The notes under the pieces were generated by a model. The model saw only the letters and a list, made by a program, of their open reading frames with translations. It was not told the DNA's origin and ran no database searches. 63,847 bases of DNA, taken from assembly GCF_001194135.2 (NCBI RefSeq), contig NC_068983.1, forward strand, positions 417,015 to 480,861, read 5' to 3'. This stretch comes from Octopus bimaculoides (taxonomy: Eukaryota). Positions 13,330 through 25,999 of this stretch are shown in pieces; the stretch's first letter is position 1, and every line of letters starts with the position of its first letter. The position numbers were made by a program, and so were the translations under genes.

Positions 13330-13730
13330 AAATGAGACAACAAAGCCAAGGCTGAGTGGAATTTTCAGGACGTTTATAAAGAGAAAGTTAGTCTTACAGC
13401 TGTTTCTGGGATATTAGGGATATCCCTTCATCAGTGTTAAATAGAAGGAAATATTAGAGTCCAGTATAAGGAGTTATTTTGGAAAAGGATGGAAATAAGA
13501 AGTATAAAGGGAAATAAGAGAATAAGAGTTAAAATATATATGTTGGATGGTATGGTTACAGTTCCATTATCCAAGGAAAGTGGTGTGTAGAAGTGGTAGA
13601 AATGCTTATTGTCCATGGTATTATGCAAATTCCGATAGAAGTTCATATTTTGTTATTACAAAATGGAAAGTGTGGAGACGTAGATTCCATGGGCTGTTCA
13701 TTGAAAGGTGTCTTGAAGTGTGAATTCACC
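13330..13730 (-). mobile_element. Penelope-like terminal/non-autonomous element (family C)
   Basis: Similar to 46620-46990 and carries the same hammerhead motif. Confidence 0.55.
13391..13437 (-). ncRNA. hammerhead ribozyme motif (family C)
   Basis: Minus strand CTGATGA-a-gggatat-cccta-atatccc-a-GAAAC-agct-GTA-agac; stem II perfect, stem I disrupted. Confidence 0.6.
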
Positions 13731-15429
13731 GCAATGCTTCGCGGATTTTTCTGGTTCTTTTGCCCTGTAAGTTCAAATCCCGCGAAAGACTATTTAAAAA
13801 AGGTCGATAAAATAGAGCACCAGTCATGTACCTAAATTAGAAACAGTTTATGGCCAGATCCCAGTAGTTGTGAAGTAGACTTTATCCATCACCAGGTTTA
13901 ACACCAGCACATAGTCCATATGTGATTTAGCAGAGTCTACCCCATTGCAAGCATTTGGGGCAGTTTTTGGTTTAAGAGTAACTATTTCCATTCTTCTCAG
14001 CACTTTCGGAGACCGTTAAAAATGAAGGATTATGGGTAATGGCATTCGGCCTGTAACTTTGATACTTAATGTGAATGTCATTTGAAAGTCAAGTGATGGT
14101 CACCGGAAAGTCTCCTGAAGATCAATGTCTGGGGATGTAACAGGCGGTTTGGTCCGAATTCTTGTAATAGAAGAATGAAAACAAAGAAACAAAGGATTCT
14201 TTATTAGTATTTACTTCCAGGTCAGCTTCGACAGGTCAATGGAGGGATGAACAGAGATCAACAGAGATCAAGAGAAATTAATGGAGAGCAAATGTCACGC
14301 CAGCCTTGATCGTAAAGTCCTTCTGGAATAGTGTACCGTGAGCTACATTGTACACTGTGTCCTTTTCTAAGACGATAGACTGTTGTTTGAGGGTGGAATG
14401 GCTGCTAATTCTAGCAGATGGAGCGACTATGTAGAGGTTTGTTTATTGGTTGGAGTCGGTGCTGATGTAAGTAAGAGAGGAGTGTTAGGGTTTACCACTG
14501 AAAGGTTAAAGCTACTTCTATATTTACCCCCAACTCCTCATTTTTCTGGGTATCGCTTGAACCTTTAATTGTTACTTGTGATAATTACTGATCGAGACGA
14601 ACCTAATGTTAATTGGTTGTTAAACATGATGGAAATCATCATCACGTGACTGATAAAATGTTATTGAAGTGTGGTGGTTTTTGCTTTTAGGAATCCTATT
14701 GATTGAATGTTTTTGCCGCGAATACAAAGAAAGCAACTATATTTATTTGAAGAGGTTACTTATGCAATATAACTGCAACCATTTCATAGCTTTCCTCTAT
14801 TATTAATTTGATTATAGCTAAAATATTGAAATCTTCAAAGGGTTATATATATATATCTACAAACAAATAAATTTAATTTCTGCTCTAACTATCGTACAAC
14901 GTAAAGCATTCCAATTGCACTGAAGTACACAATCTATTTATCTATTTGATAGGTCAGATAATGAAATAGCGTTTTCTTACAGTATTACTGGGGTCAAGAG
15001 CTGCTTCAGTGAAATAACCCCTAATATGGGGGAGGAATGGGACTGTTCTATAACTGTTCAAAACTTCTTCTTATTGATGTTTGACTATTTTGTTTGATAT
15101 TAAGACGGCAAACATATTTAATAATGTTATCGCAAATAGAACTATTCTAACATTTGGATCTCTATGTACAGAGCAGGGTCTGAAAATATTGATTTATCAA
15201 ATAGGAGCAACTGGACCTCAGATTAATGGGAGACGAAGCATTGATTGTGTGACGTCATCAAAATGGTTATCTCTACTGCGATCACTGTGGTGTCATTGCA
15301 CACACACACACACACATACACACACACAAATATATATGTCGATACACACACATATACACCGACGGAAGAGAAAACAGGGAGAGAGAGAGAGATTAGGATG
15401 GGAGAGAGGGGGATAGAAAGGAGAGGCAA

Positions 15430-15489
15430 AGATAGAAGAGGGAAAACAGTGACAAGTGTGGGAGAGGAGAGAGAGAGAAGAATGAAACA

Positions 15490-15533
<44 letters not shown>
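15430..15533. repeat. (GA)n-rich tract
   Basis: Directly visible. Confidence 0.95.
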
Positions 15534-15537
<4 letters not shown>

Positions 15538-17480
15538 TCTTGGGAATGCTGATGGACGATTTAAGTTAGATGAGGATTGAGATGGATCTGGAAGGTCGAC
15601 AGATCGCTTCTTGTCTCAGACTGGTGGAGCCTGTACAGATTTAACTTTCAGTGGTAGAACGGAACTAACCCAATCAGGAGACACGACTGTTAGGGAGCAC
15701 AGTTCGTTAAGTTGTTCCGAAAATTGTCATTGCTAAGAATTTAAAGATGTATTTACATCCAATTGATCATATTTTAAAAGCAAGACTACAGAGAGTTTAA
15801 AACCGTTTTCATTAGAGTCAGGTTCCAACGAGTACCAAATTCTTGTGACGTACCAATTCTATACGAGTGTGATGGGATAGGATTTCTGGTGGAAAATAAA
15901 TACAAAACAATCGAGAAACATTGATTTATGAAAGACTATTTTATGAAACGGCTTCGACTAATGGACAAGATAAGGTCTTGGTGCCATTTTAAAAACTGTG
16001 TCTAGAACTCTAAGAATGAAAGAGGAGAGGGAAACCATCACGATTTAGTCACTGTTCTCTTAGCTAAATGCTGAGGCAACTATATCAAAAGAGGGAACAG
16101 TGATCTAATCACTGAAACACATTATATTTGACGTCATTTAACAAGCTCCGGTTTTTTCTCTCAAACTTTACATAAATATCATCCGATATCTCTCTTCTTT
16201 GGAAATGTCATTATAAATCATCCCAATTTGGGTAATCTGTTGTTGCAAGATATTTTACTGTGTTTATCTCGTACACAATTCGTTCAGAACAAAACAAAAT
16301 TAGAAGGAAAACATATATCCGTTTGCAGTTTGTAATAATAAATTGAACATTTAGTCGGATTTATTCTGGTCAGCATATCATTTCATATATTTATTGATTT
16401 AGCTAACAATGTTTTCTCTCCTCTGCAGGAATTTTCTAGTTGTTGTTGTCAATAACCATTCTATCCCAGTGTTATGGGCGAATACAATGGAAACACACAA
16501 CACAAACATGTTTTTAAGTCGAAATCTATGAATAAGTGTCGTTCACAACCAACAACAGTTGCATTCATCAGTTGAAAAAAGAATGAAATATTGTTCAAAC
16601 TGACAGAATCTCCTCTATTGTTAAAAGCGAACATATTAATTTCCTCATGTAGAAGAGATTCAGGAAAACATTGATTAACTAGTGTTTTATTCTAAAGAAT
16701 TGATTTTGAACGGATTAAAACGAATTAGTGCTCAGGGTCGGCCAGCAATTGGTTGCAGTCCCCTGTTTTTATTTGAAGAATATTGTGAAAATATTGTTAA
16801 AGTATTGTATTTTAAATATGTCTCGCAGGAAAACAGTGGCTAAGACCAGTGGGTAAAATAGCCTTATAATGTTCAAGCCCAAAGAAAACCCGCTATGTAT
16901 TCAATAGATCTGCTAGAAATAGCAGTAAAATCTTCCACAAATCCGAGTTCATCGTCTTTACAAGAGAAAAACATTAAACAATATAATTCTTAATGCAAAA
17001 ACGCAAGCAAAGAAACAAATAAACAACAGAAATAAAACAGGATGTTCACATCTGGAACGTTTTTAGTCATATACCTTTTTGTCGATGCTATCCGACTGGG
17101 ATTAAACAACGATCGGGATCAGATATGTTATCGGAATTGAACCCGCACTCAGAGGGTCCAGATTTGCGGTTTTCTTTAATAAGAATTAACAAAAGATTTG
17201 TTTCTCTGTTAATGGAAGTTAATTCGTTAAAATCTTACCATTTTCCAAAATGTAAATGTGCGCGCGCGTGCCTATCTTTATTACGAGTGTCTGCTGTTCT
17301 GCTTGTATATTGTGCGAGGCTATGTGAGAGTGCGTGAAGATATGTACGGGAATTTCACGTATATATTTCAATAGGAGTGTGTGTGTGTGTGTGGCGGTGG
17401 TGTATACCACCTGTATAGTATGTCTCCCTCTACCACCTCTACAGTAAGATGTATTATAAGGAAACTGGTGTTACTTAGTA

Positions 17481-17512
<32 letters not shown>

Positions 17513-17724
17513 CACAAGTTTGATAATGAACATGATAACGAGACATGGTGGATATCTGAATAATGAGCCACGAAATTTTGTTCCTACAATATTTAATGGA
17601 GATTCGAGCGAACAATATATACATATGGCGGTGCCGCAGCCTCGAGGCTGAAACATAAAAAAGAATACGTATATACATGTTTCCGCCTAGAAAATCCATT
17701 CAAAAGGCATTTTTCGGTCCGGGA

Positions 17725-17822
17725 GAACAATTGTAGGGAGACACTTGCCGAAGATGCCACGTAGTGAGACTGAACTCGAAATCATGTAGCTCGAAAGCAA
17801 GCTTCTTAACGCGCTTGCCATA
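17725..17822 (-). mobile_element. SINE 5' fragment
   Basis: gacacttgccgaagatgccacgtagtgagactgaactcg...aagcaagcttcttaac resembles the SINE family head. Confidence 0.6.
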
Positions 17823-17824
17823 TG

Positions 17825-17855
<31 letters not shown>

Positions 17856-18286
17856 NNNNNNNNNNNNNNNNNNNNNNNNNNNNNNNNNNNNNNNNNNNNN
17901 NNNNNNNNNNNNNNNNNNNNNNNNNNNNNNNNNNNNNNNNNNNNNNNNNNNNNNNNNNNNNNNNNNNNNNNNNNNNNNNNNNNNNNNNNNNNNNNNNNNN
18001 NNNNNNNNNNNNNNNNNNNNNNNNNNNNNNNNNNNNNNNNNNNNNNNNNNNNNNNNNNNNNNNNNNNNNNNNNNNNNNNNNNNNNNNNNNNNNNNNNNNN
18101 NNNNNNNNNNNNNNNNNNNNNNNNNNNNNNNNNNNNNNNNNNNNNNNNNNNNNNNNNNNNNNNNNNNNNNNNNNNNNNNNNNNNNNNNNNNNNNNNNNNN
18201 NNNNNNNNNNNNNNNNNNNNNNNNNNNNNNNNNNNNNNNNNNNNNNNNNNNNNNNNNNNNNNNNNNNNNNNNNNNNNNNNNNNNNN
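17856..18286. other. assembly gap (others at 13284-13293, 23391-24163, 27743-27752, 31914-32647, 35619-36150, 42250-42403, 61309-61326, 62155-62609)
   Basis: Runs of N, mostly flanked by microsatellites. Confidence 0.99.
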
Positions 18287-18339
18287 TATGGCAAGCGCGT
18301 TAAGAATGCATTTTCCTAACCATCTTCACTTATTAAAAA

Positions 18340-19070
18340 GATATTCATTGCAATGAGTTATGTCTTGCTACCAGTTTCATTTAATATGTTGAGCATAGAC
18401 ATAGCTCCATTATAGATCAACTAAGAAAAGGAAAATGCAACAGTGCATTTAATCTGAACACCCAAAGAAAACACCAAATAAACTGAAAGACATTCTGATT
18501 AGTAGACGTTATCCACTATCATTAATTAATAAATCTGTCGAAAGAGCCGAGGCAGTTTATATCAATGATTTAGCGCTGTGAAGATTAAGACAGAAATAAA
18601 TATTTTACCACACGTCCTAATTCAGCAAATTTTTCCTCTGTTAAAACAAGATTCTGGAATGAGGAGAATCTTACACAAAAAAAAAAAAAAATTAAAGCAA
18701 AAACAAAAACAAACAAAAACTACTGTCATTGAAGAAAATTATAACAAATGCCTAACACCTAATAACATTGCACAAAACTTGACTGTTAAGAAATGCGCAA
18801 GATCTAAAATGAGAAAATTTTGATGATAAAAAATTAACTTTCCATGCCTTTTGTAAAACTTTATTTATGTCAAAACATACTGTGAGTGTGACGAGAATTA
18901 TATTGGCATGTCACCCAGAACACGCATGACGGTTCACCCTCAACAAATCTGTGATTCGAACACTAGAAAAATTCGACTCTGAGAGCATTTAGATAGATAT
19001 ACTGGAATTCTGCAACGGAATTTTATACTTCCCCTACAATGTCAATGTGCACAAAATATGATACAACAAC
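18340..19070 (+). mobile_element. Penelope-like element fragment (RT C-terminus to GIY-YIG endonuclease), degraded
   Basis: LKDILISRRYPLSLINKSVERA; LTVKKCARSK; CECDENYIGMS...RMTVHPQQICDSNTRKI..EHLD. Confidence 0.72.
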
Positions 19071-19324
19071 AAAAAATAAATAATAAACTATTTTTATAGT
19101 AAATTATAAATCAAGTTTAAATCATGAAGCAAATACACGCATTTCTAATTCATTTTCTAATATTTATAAGATATATATTTTCTTTATATTTTTGAATAAT
19201 TAAAATTGCAAAAATGTACATCTCTACATAATTTGCATTTAAGAATACGTACAATATTTCCCCTATTTCTTCCTAGTGAGTCTTAGATGCACTATATTAA
19301 ATGAAGACAGCTAACCAGCCATTT

Positions 19325-19359
19325 ACGTCCGTCCGTCCGTCCGTCCGTCCGTCCGTCTA

Positions 19360-19454
<95 letters not shown>
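19325..19454. repeat. compound tetranucleotide microsatellite (GTCC)/(CTGT)/(CTAT)
   Basis: Directly visible. Confidence 0.97.
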
Positions 19455-19634
19455 GCAATCTAGATATGATCTCGAATCGTTCATATCTAGCGTGTTTCTT
19501 TGGTTTTGTGACGTAGCGGTCGCAGCTGCAGAAATCCCTCTCCCCACCACAGATTGTGAATCCTGATCAATCTTGGTAATGGTGGTGATGTTGGTGACGA
19601 AGCCAGAAGGAACAAAGTGCATGAAGTGAAATAA

Positions 19635-19660
19635 ACTTACCGCCATGTAAAATGGCGAAA
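19635..19660 (-). promoter_or_regulatory. possible first-exon end: ATGGCG|gtaagt with inverted YY1-like cores
   Basis: acttac-cgccat-gtaaa-atggcg: on the minus strand ATG GCG is followed by a consensus donor gtaagt; AAAATGGCG matches the YY1 core. No downstream exon found. Confidence 0.25.
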
Positions 19661-19899
19661 TATTGAACGATGAAATAAAATCGTAACTTATATTGACAGA
19701 ATATCTATATATAGAGAGAGATACTACTTGTACATTCACTGTTTTCTATATACATTTTGAGTTTAAATCCGCCAAGGTCGACTACAAATAACAAAATATG
19801 ATGCAAATATCTTTGAAGAATTCTTTCCACTTATAATCAGTGCTCATTTTACCTCAGCTCAAGTAGCACGGTTTCAGGTCACAATATCTCCTCACCTTC

Positions 19900-20900
19900 A
19901 AAATCAATTGCTGAAAATTTTAACCACAACTCCCTCAGTTGATAGAACAGTTTTTCTAGTATTGAGGTCTTTAACATGGTCCAAACATAGTATTTTGTTG
20001 GAAGATTCCCTTAACAGTTTTCTTCTAAAGGTTATTACAAGATGGCTGATCTGACTAGCAAAAAAATTCTGAGAGAATTTGATTACAAGAAGAATCTTCT
20101 GATTTGGAATTTCTGGGAAAGCAGTTTGTTCTCTTTAGCGAAACTCTGTGTGGCTCCTTAACACTTCAATTTTTATATCTCAAAAATATTGATTCTTCAC
20201 AGTGCGGAGCTCAAACTCATTAGCTTTCCTGACAGTTTTACTGCTTTTGGCTCAAGTCTTGACTCAAAACTGATCACGAATATATTGAACGAATTCGTCC
20301 CCAAACAGATTCACCTTTTTTTTTTAAAGAGGTACAGGATTTCAATTGACTGTTACTGCCCATCATTATCACTTACAAGTCCAAGTTTCTGGTCAAACAT
20401 TATCTCTGAAACAACAATTCAATATACTCGAAGTCACATACAGCACGTTATAAAAAAAACTGACAGTTGGTGTACACCATTTTTAAATCATTGGCTGGAA
20501 TTACAGGGGAAATCCTCCTCTGTAACAACCTACAGCGGCTCTGCTCTGGCCCCAAAATAAATAAAGTCGATTATGCATGGTAACTTTCGAAGCTTTTTGT
20601 ATCAGACATAGAAAATAACAGTTGAAAGGTGTCTACAAAACGACGGCTGGAGACAAAGTTTGTTCCTAAAGAGGTTATGAAACAAAACTATTGAAAGTAC
20701 AACCACTGTTTTAATATTAGATTTTACAATTCGTAAATCAATTCTACAGCAAGTGTCACGCACGTCACCCATTATCTTCAAGTCCCGAAAACAAAGGAAA
20801 AATGAAGACTCTCTGCTCATTAATTTTAGCAAAAACTCGCACAATTTGAAATTGGCTGACATAGGAAAGTAAAAAATTTGCAAGAAAAGAAAGAAAAAAA
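19900..20900 (-). mobile_element. highly degraded LINE reverse-transcriptase fragment (CR1/L2-like)
   Basis: FLCLIQKASKVTMHNRL (FLDIQKAFDKVPHNRL-like), GVHQLSV, LGTNSFNIFVISFESRL. Confidence 0.5.
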
Positions 20901-21194
20901 GCGTTACTGTTTGGCAGTTGAGGATGTAACTTTGGGATGGGGGTTGAAATGTTGTGACCATCTTGAAATACATCGAGGAAGCTACCCACCACCATACCAG
21001 CTCATTATCAATAAAAAAGAAAAATTATCAACTAAGTGGTACCCTCTTTCTGTTTTGGTTCCTGCTGAACAAGTCACAGTTCAAGAAATACCGATGGCAG
21101 CATGTCCAGGTTACAAGATACACGGATCATTCGTAGCATATTTCTTCGTCAGTCAGAGTCCGGAAAGCCCTGGCGGTTTCACACTTTTATACAC

Positions 21195-21290
21195 ACACAC
21201 CTACCTACCTACCTACCTACTTACCTACCTACCTACATACATACATACATACATACATACATACATACATACATACATACATACATACAC
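21195..21290. repeat. (CTAC)n-(CATA)n microsatellite
   Basis: Directly visible. Confidence 0.97.
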
Positions 21291-21475
21291 GCGCGCATAT
21301 AAGAAAAAAATGGATTTAAAAAGTCGAGGCGAATACTTTATAAACAGTCTGTAGGAACAAACTTGAGTATCTAAACCGTTCCAATGAAAGCTATTTGTAA
21401 TCCACATTGGCCGTAAAATTGCTTTCCGCTGCCTGTCCAGCTTGTAAATTCAAAGTTCAAACTGTGAATAAATTT

Positions 21476-21828
21476 AGTATAAAGTCACAGAGTATAGAAG
21501 AAAATCGCAAAAGAATGGAGAATTATACATTATTTAATTCGCTTACATGCGTTTCGGATAGAATGGCATTTCAAAATTCTGTGATGCAGAAATCATGCAT
21601 ATTAACCAATCCCATATTGGATTGACTAAGTTTCTATAAAGATAGGGAAATTTAATACTGTGCTTTCCCTAAGAAGCTTAGTCGATCAAATATGGGACCG
21701 GTTAATATGCATGATTTCTGCATCACAGAATTTTGAAACGCCACGCCATCCGAAACGCGTGTAAACGTATTAAAGACTGTACAATCCTCCATTATTTGTT
21801 TTTCTTCTATATTCTGTGACTTTATACT
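21476..21828. repeat. long inverted duplication (foldback), arms about 160 bp
   Basis: Arms 21476-21635 and 21672-21828, plus inner stem tagggaaa/tttcccta; explains the paired similar ORFs 21407..21625(+) and 21652..21894(-). Confidence 0.95.
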
Positions 21829-21925
21829 GCACACACACATACATACACACACACGCACTTTCTGTAAAAGGTAAGCATGTATATTAAACATCAAACAAAA
21901 TACTTATAAAACCCCATATGACATT

Positions 21926-21979
<54 letters not shown>

Positions 21980-23187
21980 CACACACACACAAATACACAT
22001 CCCATATAAATACATTATGCATAAATCATTTTCTTCTCACATACAAAAAGAAAAAAAAAACCTAATTTCTATATATCTCTATGTTATTGACGACAACAGT
22101 TTTACGAAATTGTCACATTTCTTTATTAAAAATTCTTCAGAATTCCACTTGAAAAGTGCATTAAATTTCGAAGTTGATTTTACTGACACAATAGATGTTG
22201 TTTTAATAAAAAGAAAATACCATTTAATCTTGTTAAACATTTTTCATTTCATAAACATTATCGACAACCTATTGGAAAGAGCTTTTCTAAAAAGTTAACA
22301 TTGAAGAATCAATCAATGGAATATGTGCTTGAACTGGCGGTAAAAAGAAGTGGAGGGGGTAGAAGTGTGTGTGTGTGTGTGCGTGTGTACTTGGACAAGC
22401 ACTATTGACAGATCGTTCATGTTACAGGATCGAAGTAAAGGAGCATCGACAGGAGAAGCAGATAATTGAAAAATCGATGTGCAGACAGGTATCTCAACAT
22501 CCTTCAGTTTGATGACAGTCTCTTAAGGTATAAACTAATATTTCAGGAAATGTTTTAAGACAATCGAGTTGAGAAACTGAACCAAAATAAGACAAAGAAT
22601 AATTAACGTAGAACTTTTGTGGAAAATGAATATTGCAGTGAAAAGAGCTAATCTTTATAAAACGGCCCCTAAAATAATGTAAGGATTCTGTAGATACTTT
22701 TTAAAGCCATGCATTTTAGTATAACTAGTGTACAAGCCTTGTGACATCAGATATTAAGAAATGGGAAGAGTTAAATTGGACAATGGCAGAGAGGAAAGAT
22801 TTGAAAAGAAAAGTTCAGTAGTTTTGGTTTGAAAAGAGAATGAAAACTAATCCGTTAATAAGAGGCATATTAAAGAAAAGTAGCGGGACCCGTGAATATT
22901 TCACGGAATTAATGGTAAACCTATTAGGTTATTTCTGAAAATGCTAACCCCCTCTCTCCCTCCTATTCACCATATCCTCTTTTTCTTTCTCCCTTTTCTT
23001 TCTCCTCTCTTTCTCTTCAACTAATCACGTGGAAGTGTTACAATTACATTCCCTCTACCTCACGTCATGGACGCGTCTCTCTCCCTCTTTTTCTCTAATC
23101 ACGTTAAAGTGTTACCAACGGGCTAAGTAACACAATGACAAGCAGAATTATTATAAGGTTCCGAGAGAAGCCAGAGAGAGGAATGAA

Positions 23188-23242
<55 letters not shown>

Positions 23243-23334
23243 TGTAACAATAGGACAAAATATTAGTTTAAAAAATTGTCAAATGCTTGTCAATATAGAA
23301 GGTTGTAAAATGACGATAATGATGATGATAATAT

Positions 23335-24207
23335 TGGTGGTGTTGGTGTTGGTGGTGGTGGTGGTGGTGGTTGTGGTGGTGGTGGTTGTGNNNNNNNNNN
23401 NNNNNNNNNNNNNNNNNNNNNNNNNNNNNNNNNNNNNNNNNNNNNNNNNNNNNNNNNNNNNNNNNNNNNNNNNNNNNNNNNNNNNNNNNNNNNNNNNNNN
23501 NNNNNNNNNNNNNNNNNNNNNNNNNNNNNNNNNNNNNNNNNNNNNNNNNNNNNNNNNNNNNNNNNNNNNNNNNNNNNNNNNNNNNNNNNNNNNNNNNNNN
23601 NNNNNNNNNNNNNNNNNNNNNNNNNNNNNNNNNNNNNNNNNNNNNNNNNNNNNNNNNNNNNNNNNNNNNNNNNNNNNNNNNNNNNNNNNNNNNNNNNNNN
23701 NNNNNNNNNNNNNNNNNNNNNNNNNNNNNNNNNNNNNNNNNNNNNNNNNNNNNNNNNNNNNNNNNNNNNNNNNNNNNNNNNNNNNNNNNNNNNNNNNNNN
23801 NNNNNNNNNNNNNNNNNNNNNNNNNNNNNNNNNNNNNNNNNNNNNNNNNNNNNNNNNNNNNNNNNNNNNNNNNNNNNNNNNNNNNNNNNNNNNNNNNNNN
23901 NNNNNNNNNNNNNNNNNNNNNNNNNNNNNNNNNNNNNNNNNNNNNNNNNNNNNNNNNNNNNNNNNNNNNNNNNNNNNNNNNNNNNNNNNNNNNNNNNNNN
24001 NNNNNNNNNNNNNNNNNNNNNNNNNNNNNNNNNNNNNNNNNNNNNNNNNNNNNNNNNNNNNNNNNNNNNNNNNNNNNNNNNNNNNNNNNNNNNNNNNNNN
24101 NNNNNNNNNNNNNNNNNNNNNNNNNNNNNNNNNNNNNNNNNNNNNNNNNNNNNNNNNNNNNNNTGGTGGTGTTGGTGGTGGTGGTGGTGGTGGTGGTGGT
24201 GGTGGTA
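23335..24207. repeat. (GGT)n tract spanning an assembly gap (N 23391-24163)
   Basis: Directly visible. Confidence 0.9.
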
Positions 24208-24249
24208 ATTGTCGATAAACAAAAGATTAGAGAAGGAATACCTTAAAAT

Positions 24250-24840
24250 AAGACTGTGATAAAGCAACCTTTGAGAGCCGAGCACCAGCCGAAGGGGGGG
24301 GGAGTATTGGAAAATGAACATTATAAAATCGTCAGGGATCTTAGTATACAATGTGATCAGATGAAAGAGCCGAGACGACCAGATACTGTGTTCATCGATA
24401 AAAATGAGGTTAAAAGGTTCAGATCATGGATGTTGGAATACCACGTGATTCGAAGTTAAAAGATAAAGAACGAGAAAAGATGGAGAAATGCCAGCAAACG
24501 AGTGGGGAGATAGGAAGGCTTTGGGGTACGAGGAAAATGATTGTGATACGGGTAGTCACTGAAGCATTAGGAGTGGCCTCTTAGGGGTTTGAAAAGATCA
24601 TGGAGATTATTGGAGTTACAATCAGGCTTGAAGTGATCCAGAAAACAGCTTTGTTGGGTACATCTCGTATTCTAAGGGAAGTGTTGCCTCTCTGAGACGC
24701 AGGAGAAGACCCTTGCTTAAAACTTTTGGGAATTTGTTATTACCTGCTTTCAAGGAAAGAAAAATCAGGAATTAAGATTTAACCAAGTGCCAGAGGATAA
24801 AGACAACAAACAATGATGATGATGATGATAATGATAATGA
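24250..24840 (+). mobile_element. R4/Dong-type RLE non-LTR retrotransposon, 3' fragment
   Basis: ENEHYKIVRDLSIQCDQMKEPRRPDTVFIDK...IQKTALLGTSRILREVL*; 3' UTR ends in a (GAT/AAT)n tail. Confidence 0.85.
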
Positions 24841-25199
24841 CGATCGTCATCGGACATTTCATACATTCATCCGTCGTTTCTAGCTGCTCCACGCAGTGTT
24901 TGCAGCTATTTCTCTAATTTCATTTAATTTTTATCGCTTGATGTTTGGGATCCATGACCTGACAACGATCCACCAAGCCACATCAAACACACACACACAC
25001 ACTTCTCCTTTTTACTCAGCTATCTTTTGGTCTTAATATATTTACATCACGAACTAACCTCCATATCCAATATCGACATTAATCGTTTAAATGGTTTTAA
25101 TCTTAATTAACTTTTAAACTTTATGACAATAATTCCATCTGAAATGTGATCAATAATATTCTGGAGAAAGACAAATTGAAAAAACAAAACCCCAAACCA

Positions 25200-25787
25200 A
25201 ATAAAATGAAAGCGTTGTCTATATTCTCAAGAACTGGTATTCGGAACTTTTGCAGTTGACCTGTTGGCATGTATACATTTGGAAGCCAACACTAGAATCC
25301 TACCAAACTGTGGAAGCAATAATGAGACATGTGAATTTCTAAAGTGTTGTAAGTAACAACTCTTGCGATTATACTGAAGTTGAAAATAGGAAAGGTTGTT
25401 GGGAGAGTATTGTACCACAATGTGTGGATAGGATGTGTAAAACATGCTAAAAATTGTTCAAAAGAGAAAAAGGTTGTATTTTTTAGAAACAGCTGATTAG
25501 AAAGACCTATTCAATAATTAAAGGGTGACAGTTGTTGAGGCATTACTTGAATAATTAACAAGTTTTAATGAAATTTACGATGATCTCATTAAATGATCAA
25601 TAATAAGTTTTCACCTTGGAGTCGATATTGAAACCAATAAATCATTGACTTCATCAGAAACTGAAGTACATTTAATCCATTGGCTCTGAGCTTATTACTC
25701 TGATAATCATTTTCACGTCTTATTTGACAACTGTTGTAAATGTCAGCACACACACACACGCACACACACACACACACATACACACGC

Positions 25788-25834
<47 letters not shown>

Positions 25835-25910
25835 GCAATGTAGGAGAAACTGAGAAGAGGACTATAGAATATAATGGTAGTCAAAGTCTTGCAACATTTG
25901 GAAATCCCAT
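25200..25910 (-). pseudogene. TLR-like pseudogene N-terminus split by a (TG)n expansion
   Basis: ATG at 25910: MGFPNVARL*LPLYSIVLFSVSPTLHC-[TG repeat]-ADIYNSCQIRREND...; then *SFNEII and PNNLSYFQLQYNRKS. Confidence 0.45.
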
Positions 25911-25999
25911 GGAGCCAGTATTAACGACTGTTAAGATTGAAGAATATTGTTAATGGAATTATTTTGGTAGAAATTAAGTCGCTACTTTCTTTGTGAAAT

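Noticed and set aside
15540-15740. GC-richer stretch with few stops on both strands
   Set aside because: No recognisable domain; a stop interrupts the best frame; probably an old repeat
22428-22488. Possible plus-strand 61-nt exon (ag|GATCGAAG...AGACAG|gt, IEVKEHRQEKQIIEKSMCRQ)
   Set aside because: Weak splice context, no recognisable protein and no partner exons
23283-24351. Long ORFs of 250-350 aa, also at 17.8, 31.8, 35.4 and 62.1 kb
   Set aside because: They stay open only because they run through N gaps
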